Shown: piece after piece, positions 48,620 to 58,341 of the stretch | Layout of the letters: every line of letters starts with the position of its first letter | Numbering within the stretch: position 1 is the stretch's first letter | Source: a virus | DNA: 64,000 nt | IMG/VR virus record: IMGVR_UViG_3300009703_002976 | Span: 1,903 to 65,902 of that record | Reading direction: 5' to 3' (one strand) | Notes under the pieces: model-generated | Databases searched by the model: none | Told to the model about the DNA's origin: nothing | Seen by the model: only the letters and a program-made list of their open reading frames with translations | Translations under genes and position numbers: made by a program

Positions 48620-49410
48620 GCCGCAAATAATGAAACTAAATCTTCAGCTTTTCTAATTCTGGATCTGGCATCTTTATTTTCACTATTTTGTACATTTTCT
48701 TTTTCGAAAAGTTGTAATTTCCATTTAAAAATTTGTTCGGAACTTCCACCAAGTAATACTTCTATATTTGTAGGAATTTTTTCTGCTGTATCTTCCGGTA
48801 CATCACCATTAACTATCAAATAATACCAATACATTGCTTCAATAATTGAACTAGCTTTTCTGATATTTTGACGATACTCTTTATTTTCACATTCTTGTAC
48901 TGGAGGGGATTCAAATATTTCAAGTTTTGTTTGAAATAATTCTTCTGTTGAAGCATTTCTTATTGAGTCCCATGTAATAGGTCTTGTTTCATCAATAGTT
49001 TCTATTTTAATATTGCCATTTGCTCTATATTCTAGATACTCTTGAAAATCTTTTTCTCTTTGTAAATTATCATTATGCCATGCCTCAGTAAATTTTTCTA
49101 TTTCTTCAAATGTCTTGAATTTGTGATCATCAGGCATAGAATCTATCAATGCTCGACATAATTCTGTTTCAACCATTGTTTCTAATTGTTGTACATCAAT
49201 CTCGGGATGAGGAACAGTCAAATCTTCACCTTCAGGAATTTCTCTCCAACGAACCCATAAGGGATTATCTACATCAGGTGTATTCAATGGATATTTGTAA
49301 AATATACCAGTAATTCTACATTGCTTCCAATATGATGTCCATGTTTCATAATCTGAAGCGTGATATGCTTCTGCAAGAGTAGTTCTTTTTTGGACACTTT
49401 GTTCAGCCAT
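48523..49410 (-). CDS. Hypothetical protein with two internal repeats and acidic tail
   Basis: SD AAAGGAG; two LF/IF..KL..FE...V....NK..R..IRKA repeats. Confidence 0.75.
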   Translation of the reverse strand: MAEQSVQKRTTLAEAYHASDYETWTSYWKQCRITGIFYKYPLNTPDVDNPLWVRWREIPEGEDLTVPHPEIDVQQLETMVETELCRALIDSMPDDHKFKTFEEIEKFTEAWHNDNLQREKDFQEYLEYRANGNIKIETIDETRPITWDSIRNASTEELFQTKLEIFESPPVQECENKEYRQNIRKASSIIEAMYWYYLIVNGDVPEDTAEKIPTNIEVLLGGSSEQIFKWKLQLFEKENVQNSENKDARSRIRKAEDLVSLFAAYSEILNEGEGEEETPDVEAERDAELYPEEKE

Positions 49411-49423
49411 TATATTTTCTCCT

Positions 49424-50377
49424 TTAAGGTGTTCTTTGTCCTGGTGTTATAAAATAATATGGTCCGCCATTATCTACTAATGATCCGCTTGGAGTATATG
49501 TTCTTGTATAGACTCCTCCAGAAGGCCCACTTAATGAGTTAGTGTAACTATTATATATTTTATCGTAAAAAGTTCCTCTATTTGTTCCTGAATTTGTTGT
49601 TGATACATTATACAATAAATGTCTTCTATAAAGTACTTGTAAATAAACATCATTTACCAATTTATTAGTGGAAGCATTTGTACTTGATTCTAATTGTATT
49701 TCAGAATTGGTGCTGTCCCATCTAATATAATTATCAGGAGATGAGGGTTCAGTTGTATTTGCAGTTTTTAGATATAATTTATAAGTTGCATTTGTTGCAC
49801 CATAGTATGTGTCAGTAAACCATGTTCCCTTATCGGACCAAGTTCCTCCTCCTGGATCAGATGTTGCCACTCTATAAGTTCCCACTTCATCACCAGAAAG
49901 CATTTGAGTAAGACAATGAGTTGCGAGAGTGTCTAGTAAGTCTGCTTCAACTATTGGTCCCATTTTTAAATCTGGAGAAGTCCAATACAATAATCCTGTG
50001 GCATTTATATCGGTATCATTGATACTTCCTGGATGATTGTTTGATGTATTTTGGTAAAATGTAGATGTTGAATTAGCTAAAGTTGTTTGATCACTACTGA
50101 AGTTTGTGTCTGGTTCTGCTCCACTGCTAGGAGAATTATCATCAGGTTCTGTGTGAGATCCTTGAGCCCGTACCCCATTAATAGCCGTTCCTATAGTTAC
50201 ATCATCAGCACCGTTTGGTTGAGAAAGTCCCACATGTCCTGGAGTGGTATTAGTAGAATCTAAAAGGGCCGCATATCTTTTTCTTAGAAAATAGCTAAGA
50301 ACTTCTAATTCAGAATCAGAAAACATTCTGAGATCGGCATTTCCTGAATCCCAGTATAAGTGTCTATATTGTGTCAT
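49424..50377 (-). CDS. Putative virion structural protein (Ser/Thr/Gly/Asn-rich)
   Basis: Composition typical of tail/virion accessory proteins; downstream of a perfect T4 late motif. Confidence 0.55.
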   Translation of the reverse strand: MTQYRHLYWDSGNADLRMFSDSELEVLSYFLRKRYAALLDSTNTTPGHVGLSQPNGADDVTIGTAINGVRAQGSHTEPDDNSPSSGAEPDTNFSSDQTTLANSTSTFYQNTSNNHPGSINDTDINATGLLYWTSPDLKMGPIVEADLLDTLATHCLTQMLSGDEVGTYRVATSDPGGGTWSDKGTWFTDTYYGATNATYKLYLKTANTTEPSSPDNYIRWDSTNSEIQLESSTNASTNKLVNDVYLQVLYRRHLLYNVSTTNSGTNRGTFYDKIYNSYTNSLSGPSGGVYTRTYTPSGSLVDNGGPYYFITPGQRTP

Positions 50378-50387
50378 AAATAGTCCA

Positions 50388-50416
50388 TTGACAAGTGGTT
50401 CAAAATAGTGTAAACT
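50388..50416 (+). promoter_or_regulatory. Sigma70-type (early) promoter
   Basis: TTGACA (50388-50393), exactly 17 bp, TAAACT (50411-50416), upstream of ATG 50480. Confidence 0.65.
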
Positions 50417-50447
50417 ATATAATTGTATATCTTGTTTATATTATATG

Positions 50448-50464
50448 TATTTATATTTATTTAG
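50448..50464 (-). promoter_or_regulatory. T4-type late promoter(s)
   Basis: Minus strand reads CTAAATAAATATAAATA: a perfect TATAAATA (50455-50448) plus CTAAATA (50464-50458), upstream of 50377. Confidence 0.6.
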
Positions 50465-50479
50465 TCATCAAAAGTGCTT

Positions 50480-53140
50480 ATGAAAATCCTATATATTACT
50501 CCTCACCTATCTACAGGTGGTGCCCCACAGTATCTTCTTAAAAAAATAGAATTCTTACATAGTGACAATGATATTTATGTCATCGAATATAATGATTATG
50601 GTATCTATAGAGTTCAAAAAGATAAAATATTAAACATTTTAAATGACCGATTAATAACTTTGTCTGAAGACAAAACTGATATACTGAAATATTTAGATGA
50701 AATAAAACCCCATATTGTTCACTTTGAGGAGATGCCTGAATTTTTTGTGGACGATGAAATAGCAGAACAAATTTATCAAAAAGAAAGAAGATATTTAATT
50801 TTTGAAACTTCTCATGATTCTTCATTCAATCCTGATGAAAAAAGATTTTTACCAGATAAATTTTTATTCTGTAGTGATAATCAATTAATAAAATTTAGAT
50901 CATTAGATGTTCCTGCATGTGTTATAGAATATCCTGTTGATAAAAAAGTAGAAGAGAAACGAAGAGATGTTGCTTTAAGAGAATTAGGAGTTGATCCTGC
51001 CTTGAAGCACGTATTGAATGTTGGATTATGGACATCTAGAAAAAATCAAGCAGAAATTATTGAATATGCCAAACTTTTACCTGATGTACAATTTCATTTT
51101 GTAGGGAATCTTGCAGAAAATTTCAAAGAATATTGGGAACCCCTAACAAAAGATTTGCCTGATAATTGTATCGTTTGGGGAGAACGAGAAGATGTAGACA
51201 GATTTTATTCATGTATGGATTTATTTTTATTTGCTTCAAGGGGGAATGAACACGATAAAGAAACGAATCCATTAGTATTAAAAGAAGCATTATCTTGGAA
51301 GATACCTGTTTTAGCACATAAACTTGATTCATATCTTGACAAATATAATGATAAAGTTACTTGGCTTTCTGATAATGTTGAAATTAATACAATTAAAATA
51401 TGCAGAATGTTGAATATAAGTGATCGAATTGTAAATTGTTCCATTGATGAAACTAAAGTAACTTTACACTTCACGAATTTTTATGAATGTTTTCATGAAA
51501 AATTATTATGTATCTATGAAATAGATACTGAATTGTTGGCGTATAGATCCCATATTATATGCAATTCGATGTGGGCTCAACCGCATTGTGGTAAAGATGT
51601 TACAAATGGATTTATAGTAAAAATATATGATGCTCCTAAAAATTATTTTTCGAATATAAATGATGAAAATTTAGTAGATGATCATCATCTTTTATTCGAA
51701 AAAACGTTTTCATGGAAAAATGAAGTAGATATTGCAGTTCTTGGTGAAAGAAAAAAATTTCATGGAATACCAGATGATCCCTCTTCTTGGTATACTCTTT
51801 ATGAAACGTTAATATTAAAATATTATAATAAATTAAATTTAATAGAAGGCGATACTGTAATTGATATTGGAGGTCACTATGGATTTTTTACTATGTACGC
51901 CTTAAACAAAGGTGCTTCTCAGGTTCATACAATTGAACCCACAAAAACAACTTTTGATGTTTTATGTAAAAATTTAAAAGATTATGATAATGTTAAAAAA
52001 TATAATTTAGCAATTTCTTCTGATAATGAAAGTAGAGAACTTATTGCTATTGGTTCTAGTTCATGTAATTCTTTTCATGAAAACTTTAATAATAGTCCAG
52101 ACAATAAAGAAAATTTAGGAATAAGAAAAAAACAAGTTGTTAATTGTGTTACACTTGAACAATTTATGAAAAATAATAATATTGATAGAATAGATGCATT
52201 GAAATTAGATTGTGAAGGAGCAGAATGGGATATGTTACCAGCAATTAGTGATGATTTTTTTAAGTATAAGATAAGAAAACTTTCTATGGAAGCACATCCA
52301 GATGGTGTGGGTCAAGAAGGAATGAAAAATAGGGCAATTGAATTTATAGAACGATTAGAGGGTTTAAATTATCATGTCATTGCTGATTCTCAAATAACAT
52401 CAAATGGAGAATTGGGTAATTTATGGGCATCAAGAAAACCAAAAATAAAAATAGTTCATATGCTTGTTGATCCTGATGGAGAAAGAGAAAAAGAATCGAT
52501 AAGACATCTTACAAAATTATCTGAATATTCGAACTGGAAATATGAACAAATAATAAATCCCTTATATAAAGATTTTCCACCAAAAGAAACATGTGCTAGA
52601 CCAGAATCTGTCCAAATGAAGCCAGGAGAATATAAATTAACTCCTGCACATTATGGTAATTATTCTGCTCATAAAGATGCTATAAACAAACATTTAAATG
52701 ATGAATTTGATGCGATTTTATTTTGTGAATGTGATGCTATTTTTATAAAACCGGTTCATGTGGTTTATAGAGAAATTATGGATAGATTAGATGATATAAA
52801 TCAATATGATTTGTATTATATGTCTTTTGGAAAAAGAATTCCTGATTGGGAACACGAAGACTATGAATATTTTGGTGTGACGAATAGAATGTCTGAAGCA
52901 CATTGTTATTTACTGCCCACAGATAAAAAGAGAAAATTATATTTTAGAAAGAAATTAAAAGACACGAAGTGGGATACATATGATTTATGGTTGAATAACA
53001 ATATATTTCCAGATAAGAAATGTGGCATAGTTAAATCTCCTATTTCAATTCAATGTTCAGGTGAGTCATATCTAGACAAATCTTTTAAAGATGGAACTAC
53101 TTTATTAACTGATGAAGAACTAACACATGAAACGTTTTAA
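50480..53140 (+). CDS. Multidomain protein: GT4-type glycosyltransferase + FkbM-family methyltransferase + C-terminal GT-A-like domain
   Basis: HLSTGGAPQY...KNQ...F.S....ETNPLVLKEALS (GT4); IDIGGHYG, EP, KLDCEGAE (FkbM); LFCECDA...HCY (GT25/GT-A-like). Track start 50474 is a GTG. Confidence 0.8.
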   Translation: MKILYITPHLSTGGAPQYLLKKIEFLHSDNDIYVIEYNDYGIYRVQKDKILNILNDRLITLSEDKTDILKYLDEIKPHIVHFEEMPEFFVDDEIAEQIYQKERRYLIFETSHDSSFNPDEKRFLPDKFLFCSDNQLIKFRSLDVPACVIEYPVDKKVEEKRRDVALRELGVDPALKHVLNVGLWTSRKNQAEIIEYAKLLPDVQFHFVGNLAENFKEYWEPLTKDLPDNCIVWGEREDVDRFYSCMDLFLFASRGNEHDKETNPLVLKEALSWKIPVLAHKLDSYLDKYNDKVTWLSDNVEINTIKICRMLNISDRIVNCSIDETKVTLHFTNFYECFHEKLLCIYEIDTELLAYRSHIICNSMWAQPHCGKDVTNGFIVKIYDAPKNYFSNINDENLVDDHHLLFEKTFSWKNEVDIAVLGERKKFHGIPDDPSSWYTLYETLILKYYNKLNLIEGDTVIDIGGHYGFFTMYALNKGASQVHTIEPTKTTFDVLCKNLKDYDNVKKYNLAISSDNESRELIAIGSSSCNSFHENFNNSPDNKENLGIRKKQVVNCVTLEQFMKNNNIDRIDALKLDCEGAEWDMLPAISDDFFKYKIRKLSMEAHPDGVGQEGMKNRAIEFIERLEGLNYHVIADSQITSNGELGNLWASRKPKIKIVHMLVDPDGEREKESIRHLTKLSEYSNWKYEQIINPLYKDFPPKETCARPESVQMKPGEYKLTPAHYGNYSAHKDAINKHLNDEFDAILFCECDAIFIKPVHVVYREIMDRLDDINQYDLYYMSFGKRIPDWEHEDYEYFGVTNRMSEAHCYLLPTDKKRKLYFRKKLKDTKWDTYDLWLNNNIFPDKKCGIVKSPISIQCSGESYLDKSFKDGTTLLTDEELTHETF

Positions 53141-56100
53141 ATTATCTCTTGTAACTTCTTGTTACAATGCTGAGTCTTATTTGGAAGAGTTAGCGAATTC
53201 TGTTTTTTATCAAAATTATGATCATTGGGAATGGATTCTTGCTGATGATTTTTCTGTTGATAATACTCGTACATTAATGGAAGAATTAAAAAGAAAAGAT
53301 TCTAGAATAAGAATTGTAGAACCCAAACATAAAAAAGAAATTTGGTGGAATCCACAACTTCATGCTGTTGGTGAAATAGTATGTCATTTAGATGCTGATG
53401 ATGCAATTTTACCTGGAACATTTGATAAAATAATACATTATTTTAATTTATTTCCAGAAGCAGTTTTACTTCATTTTAATGCAAACAAATATTTTAATAC
53501 CCTACCCCAAAATACAACTAATCTCTTTGATAATTTTAAAGACAATGTATACATGACAAGAGATAACAATTCTTTTTTAGAAGGATTTGAAAAGTTGTGG
53601 CCCCAACGAACAAATATTTTTGGATATTTGAGAATATTTAAAAATTTACCAGGATTGCATTTTCCAGAACATAAAGATGATGATGCTTGTTTATCAAATG
53701 ATGGACAATGGCTTTTACATTTAGAAAGATATGGAAAATGGTTAACTATTCCTAGAACATCATATCTTGCAAGAGAACACGGTGAATGTGAAAACTTTAG
53801 AAACTGGAATCCTCGTGGAGAAGCACAATTAGTAATAAATGAAAAAAGAGATAGAAATAATTTTATTTTAGAATATCCAAGAAATATTAAATATTTTGAT
53901 GATATCTATGATTTAGCAGAATCTACTTATTTGAGCAAATTGAATTATGAAACAGAAAGAAAAAATGTAAGTTTTTTAAATTTTAATTATGGTGAAGAAC
54001 AACGAACAAAAGTAAAACAATTATTTTTTGATCATGATATAGTTTTTGAAAAGTATCTAGACAATATTTCTTATTATTTTGTTAAAATAAATTTAGAAGA
54101 TACATCAGATACAATAAGAACAATTATATCTAAATTACCTGTAGCAAATTTTGAATTAAGTTTTTTTTCAGATAATGTGCATTTACATCAAAATAATCGT
54201 ACACAATCAGACAATATTGAAAATATAAAAGAGACTATTACATCAGATGGTCGAAGTGTTTTTTGGTATGCACAAGATAATCGAATACAATTTATTTCTG
54301 CTGTTCAACAAATAAAAGATGTTTCTGATATTGTTTTATCTACAGGAAATGCATATGTTTTAGAAAGAAAAAAAGAAAGAGAAGAAGAAAATAATAATTT
54401 AAAAATAATGCAAGTACATATTGGTTGTGGGCTTGATATTCCACCCAAAGGATATGGGGGATTAGAAGAAGTCATGTATCAATATATGAGAGTAGCAAAG
54501 GGTAGAGGACATGAAGTAGAGTTAAAATGGTTAGATGATATAACGCAAAGTGATTTAGAAAAATATGATGTATTTCATAATCATACTGGTGGATTTTATG
54601 ATTTATTGAGAGATAGATGTATACCTTATATTTTTACAATGCATGATGCTTTTGTGAAAATACATGGAAAAGATTCTCATTTTTATATGACTAATAATGA
54701 GACTATAAAAAATTCTTTATTCAGTTTAATTCCAACTGAAGATATGATAGATTTTTTTCTATATCCAGATAAGTTAAGAAGATTGCATCATGGTGTAGAT
54801 ACGAATTTTTATTTTCCTGTAAAAAACAAAAATGATGTACGATTGATTTGCGTGGGTGGAGGAGATGATAGAAAAGGATTTCATTTAGCAGTTCAGGCGG
54901 CAAAAACATTAGGACTTCCTATAACGATTGTTGGACCAGATTCAATACATGCAGTATATAATAAAACTTTTTATGATATTGTAGAAGAATGTAAAAATCA
55001 TATTGATATAACTCTTACAGGTAATGTAGAAAAATATGAATTAAGAAATATATTAAATGAACATCATATAATGATTCATCCAGCATCATTAGAAACAGGG
55101 CAACCCTGTCTTGCAGTTCTTGAAGCAATGGCGTGTGGATTACCTGTAGTTGGAACAATGCAAGATAAAATTTCTTTGAAAGGATTTGAATTATGTACTA
55201 GAGAAGTTGATGATATTGTAAATAAGGTTAAACTTGTTTTAAATGACTATGATGAATATTCAAAGAAAGCAAGAGAATTTGCTAAAGAAAGAGATTGGGA
55301 AAATATTTTTGATGAATTGGAAAAATATTATTATGAAGCAAAAGAATTAAAATATACTAAGCCATTTGATATGAAAGATAGATTGTTATTTGCGTATCAA
55401 AATACAGATGCAGATGGTAAAAATATTTTCGATTTAAATATGCAAAAAAATCCTTATTTGGCTGTTAAAGGATCTATTCCTGGAAATTATAAAATTAATT
55501 TTATTGATAGAGATACGGGTGGGGTTCATTATTCAAATGATGTTTCTGCGGGTGGCTGGGTTGCTTGTGGTATTGATTATTATGTTAATTGGAGAGTTGA
55601 AGCAATAAATGTTCAAACAGAAGAAATAGAATTTGAATATGAACAAGATTTTACAAATAAAAATATTTTTGTTTGGTTTGATTCAGTAGCATTGGGAGAT
55701 ACTTTAGCTTGGGTACCAGTTGTTGAAGCATTTCGCAAGAAACATAAATGTAAAATGTATTGTAGTACATTTTGGAACGATTTAGTATCTGAATCATACC
55801 CAGAAATAACCTTTATAACCCCTGAATCTGGATTTAATGATTTTGTATCTTCTTATCGAATAGGTTTTTTTGAAGAAAGTCTTCAATCTCCAGTAGATAT
55901 GAAAAATGTTTCGTTACAGAAATTATGTGCAGGTATTCTTGGTTTTAAAGATTTTGAAGAAACAAAATGTGAAATAATAGTTAAAGAAAGAGAGGAAGAT
56001 CCACAATTAATTCGAAAGCCTTATGTGTGCATTGGTATGCAATCAACTGCTCAAGCAAAATATTGGAATTATCCAGGAGGATGGGATGAGGTGGTTGACT

Positions 56101-56540
56101 TTTTATCCAAAAAGGGATATAATATAGTATGTATAGATAAACACCATTCTTTTGGACAAGGAGAATATTTTAATAAATCACCAAAAAATGTGATAGGAAG
56201 ACATGAACGAACTTTAGATCAAACAATTGCTACTTTAAATGGTGCTGAATTTTTTATTGGATTGGGTTCTGGTTTATCGTGGTTGGCGTGGTCTTTAAAT
56301 AAATATGTAGTAATGATATCGGGATTTAGTAATCCTATATCTGAATTCTCTTCAAAATGTTTTAGAATCCATAATGATACAGTTTGTAATAGTTGTTATA
56401 ATCGGCATAAATTTGATCCCGGTGATTGGTTGTGGTGTCCAGATCATAAAAATACTGACAGAATGTTTGAATGCACAAAAAACATTGAACCAGTAAAAGT
56501 TTGTGATGCTATTGAAGAAGTAATAAAACTAATAGACTAA
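53127..56540 (+). CDS. Multidomain glycosyltransferase: GT2 + GT4 + autotransporter O-heptosyltransferase (TibC/Aah-like)
   Basis: VTSCYN..ADDFS.D..DADD (GT2); PPKGYGGLE...RKG...ETGQPCLAVLEAMACG (GT4); DSVALGDTLAW, STAQAKYWN, FIGLGSGLSWLAW, VCNSCYN, WCP, FECTK (heptosyltransferase with Fe-binding cysteines). Confidence 0.85.
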   Translation: MKRFKLSLVTSCYNAESYLEELANSVFYQNYDHWEWILADDFSVDNTRTLMEELKRKDSRIRIVEPKHKKEIWWNPQLHAVGEIVCHLDADDAILPGTFDKIIHYFNLFPEAVLLHFNANKYFNTLPQNTTNLFDNFKDNVYMTRDNNSFLEGFEKLWPQRTNIFGYLRIFKNLPGLHFPEHKDDDACLSNDGQWLLHLERYGKWLTIPRTSYLAREHGECENFRNWNPRGEAQLVINEKRDRNNFILEYPRNIKYFDDIYDLAESTYLSKLNYETERKNVSFLNFNYGEEQRTKVKQLFFDHDIVFEKYLDNISYYFVKINLEDTSDTIRTIISKLPVANFELSFFSDNVHLHQNNRTQSDNIENIKETITSDGRSVFWYAQDNRIQFISAVQQIKDVSDIVLSTGNAYVLERKKEREEENNNLKIMQVHIGCGLDIPPKGYGGLEEVMYQYMRVAKGRGHEVELKWLDDITQSDLEKYDVFHNHTGGFYDLLRDRCIPYIFTMHDAFVKIHGKDSHFYMTNNETIKNSLFSLIPTEDMIDFFLYPDKLRRLHHGVDTNFYFPVKNKNDVRLICVGGGDDRKGFHLAVQAAKTLGLPITIVGPDSIHAVYNKTFYDIVEECKNHIDITLTGNVEKYELRNILNEHHIMIHPASLETGQPCLAVLEAMACGLPVVGTMQDKISLKGFELCTREVDDIVNKVKLVLNDYDEYSKKAREFAKERDWENIFDELEKYYYEAKELKYTKPFDMKDRLLFAYQNTDADGKNIFDLNMQKNPYLAVKGSIPGNYKINFIDRDTGGVHYSNDVSAGGWVACGIDYYVNWRVEAINVQTEEIEFEYEQDFTNKNIFVWFDSVALGDTLAWVPVVEAFRKKHKCKMYCSTFWNDLVSESYPEITFITPESGFNDFVSSYRIGFFEESLQSPVDMKNVSLQKLCAGILGFKDFEETKCEIIVKEREEDPQLIRKPYVCIGMQSTAQAKYWNYPGGWDEVVDFLSKKGYNIVCIDKHHSFGQGEYFNKSPKNVIGRHERTLDQTIATLNGAEFFIGLGSGLSWLAWSLNKYVVMISGFSNPISEFSSKCFRIHNDTVCNSCYNRHKFDPGDWLWCPDHKNTDRMFECTKNIEPVKVCDAIEEVIKLID

Positions 56541-56542
56541 AA

Positions 56543-56767
56543 ATGATTAAAACAATAAAGCCTCAAGATTTTGCAATTATTATAGAAGATATTGTTGCTA
56601 ATAAAAAAATGACTTATTTAGATGCAATATCTCATTACTGTGAAGAAACAAAAATGGAACCAGAAACAGTTGGAAAACTTGTTCAAGGAAATTTAAAAGC
56701 CAAGCTAAGAGAAGAAGTTACGGCCTTGCATTTTCTCCCAAAAACTGCTACAATACCAGGACTATGA
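56543..56767 (+). CDS. gp33: Late transcription coactivator gp33
   Basis: IEDIV...TYLDAI.HYCE...LKAKL..E...L.FL; canonical 33-59-32 order. Confidence 0.85.
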   Translation: MIKTIKPQDFAIIIEDIVANKKMTYLDAISHYCEETKMEPETVGKLVQGNLKAKLREEVTALHFLPKTATIPGL

Positions 56768-57384
56768 TAAAAATGGATCCGTTTGATTGTTATAAAGAAT
56801 ACGTTTCAATCAAGACTCATTTTCATGCTAATAAGTATGATTACTTTAAGCATAAAAAAAGAAAAATCTCATTGAATGCTTTTAAAAAACGTAATGATCA
56901 ATTCTTTTTTGTAAGATTGTCAAAAAGTTATAAAGATGATGAGATATCGAAATTCTTTGTTGCTAACTTTATTGAGAATGAAAACTTGTGGATAGGTGAT
57001 GCACTTGATTCACAAGCAGAAATGAAATATAAAGAATGGCAAAAAAGAATACAAAGCATGAGTTATATTTTTAGCAATGATATTGAAAAATTGTTGAACA
57101 AAGAAGATTTTGAAAATTGGTTCAAAGTTGAAAAGGGTCAACATCCTTTATTGCTGAAACAAACGATTGCTAAATATATTTGTATGGAAACTTTTTCCAT
57201 ACTTAATATGATACTTAACTTTGTTCCTGATTGGGATCAAAAGATAAAAGAAACTTTTGTCTGGCCTCAGTTTAGAGATAAAGTTTTAAAATACACTCCA
57301 TTTTTGGAGGTGGATAAGACGAAATTTCGTAAAATACTACGAGATACAATTAATACAACGAATATAACGAATATGAAAGGTTAA
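56764..57384 (+). CDS. gp59: Helicase loader gp59
   Basis: Y..Y.SIK.HF...YDYFK...F.KRND.FFF.RLSK; synteny. Confidence 0.9.
   Translation: MIKMDPFDCYKEYVSIKTHFHANKYDYFKHKKRKISLNAFKKRNDQFFFVRLSKSYKDDEISKFFVANFIENENLWIGDALDSQAEMKYKEWQKRIQSMSYIFSNDIEKLLNKEDFENWFKVEKGQHPLLLKQTIAKYICMETFSILNMILNFVPDWDQKIKETFVWPQFRDKVLKYTPFLEVDKTKFRKILRDTINTTNITNMKG
57333..57373 (+). repeat. Imperfect ~9-nt tandem repeats directly upstream of the gene 32 SD
   Basis: AATACTACG / AGATACAAT / AATACAACG / AATATAACG / AATA, then TGAAAGG. Confidence 0.55.
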
Positions 57385-57385
57385 C

Positions 57386-58270
57386 ATGGCACAACTATCT
57401 GCACTAAAAAAATCCCGCAAATCCTTTATGCAAAATCTTCACAAAGAAATTGAGAAGATTGATACTCCTTCTGAATCGAAGAGTTATATCGATGATCGAT
57501 TTTGGAAGCCAGAAATAGATAAGTCTGGAAATGGATATGCTGTTATTCGATTTCTTCCCCCAGTAGATGGAGAAGATATTCCATGGGCGAGAGTTTTCAA
57601 CCATGGTTTTCAAGGACCAACAGGTCTTTGGTACATTGAAAATTCTTTGACAACTCTTGGTAAGAAAGATCCTGTCTCAGAATATAATTCTCAACTCTGG
57701 AATTCTGGAATCGAGGCGAACAAAGAGATTGCTCGTAAGCAAAAACGCCGTCTAACTTATATCAGTAACATTTATATTGTTTCTGATTCAAAGAATCCTC
57801 AGAACGAAGGAAAAGTTTTTCTATACAAATTTGGAAAAAAGATTTTCGATAAAGTCAATGATTTGATGAATCCCGAATTTGAAGATGAAACTCCTGTAAA
57901 TCCTTTTGATCTTTGGGAAGGTGCGAACTTCAAATTGAAGATTCGTAAAGTTGAGGGTTATCAAAATTATGATAAGAGTGAATTTGATAAACCTGCACAA
58001 CTTGTAGAAGATGAAACTGAGCTTGAAAAAGTTTGGAATTCACAGTATGCTCTTACAGAATTTACTGGTGATGATCAATTTAAGTCTTATGAGGATTTGA
58101 AAGCGAGATTAGATTCTGTTCTTGCAGTAGAAACTCCTCCTATTACTGAGCCTGTTTCTCGACCTGTTACTAAACCTAAAACTGCTGAAGATGTATCATC
58201 AGAAGATAAAACAACTTCTGAAGATGATGAAGATATGTCTTATTTTGCTAAGTTAGCAGAAGATAATTAA
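57386..58270 (+). CDS. gp32: Single-stranded DNA-binding protein gp32
   Basis: DDRFWKP.IDKSGNGYAVIRFLP, HGFQGP.G.WYIENSLTT, KFGKKIFDK, NPFDLWEGANFKLK, acidic tail. Confidence 0.97.
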   Translation: MAQLSALKKSRKSFMQNLHKEIEKIDTPSESKSYIDDRFWKPEIDKSGNGYAVIRFLPPVDGEDIPWARVFNHGFQGPTGLWYIENSLTTLGKKDPVSEYNSQLWNSGIEANKEIARKQKRRLTYISNIYIVSDSKNPQNEGKVFLYKFGKKIFDKVNDLMNPEFEDETPVNPFDLWEGANFKLKIRKVEGYQNYDKSEFDKPAQLVEDETELEKVWNSQYALTEFTGDDQFKSYEDLKARLDSVLAVETPPITEPVSRPVTKPKTAEDVSSEDKTTSEDDEDMSYFAKLAEDN

Positions 58271-58275
58271 TCTAA

Positions 58276-58296
58276 GAGTGCTTAGTACTCACTTTA
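58276..58296 (+). terminator. Weak hairpin after gene 32 (possible terminator or processing site)
   Basis: GAGTGC-TTA-GTACTC stem (one G.U) followed by ACTTTA; short U tract. Confidence 0.3.
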
Positions 58297-58297
58297 A

Positions 58298-58338
58298 TTA
58301 GGGGGCCTGGAGTGTCGTTCCAGCGGCACGCCTCCTAA
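58298..58338 (+). ncRNA. GC-rich structured RNA element between convergent genes
   Basis: 9-bp outer stem TTAGGGGGC/GCCTCCTAA enclosing two competing helices, CTGGA/TCCAG and GTGTCG/CGGCAC. G.U pairs work only on the + strand. Confidence 0.5.
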
Positions 58339-58341
58339 TCA

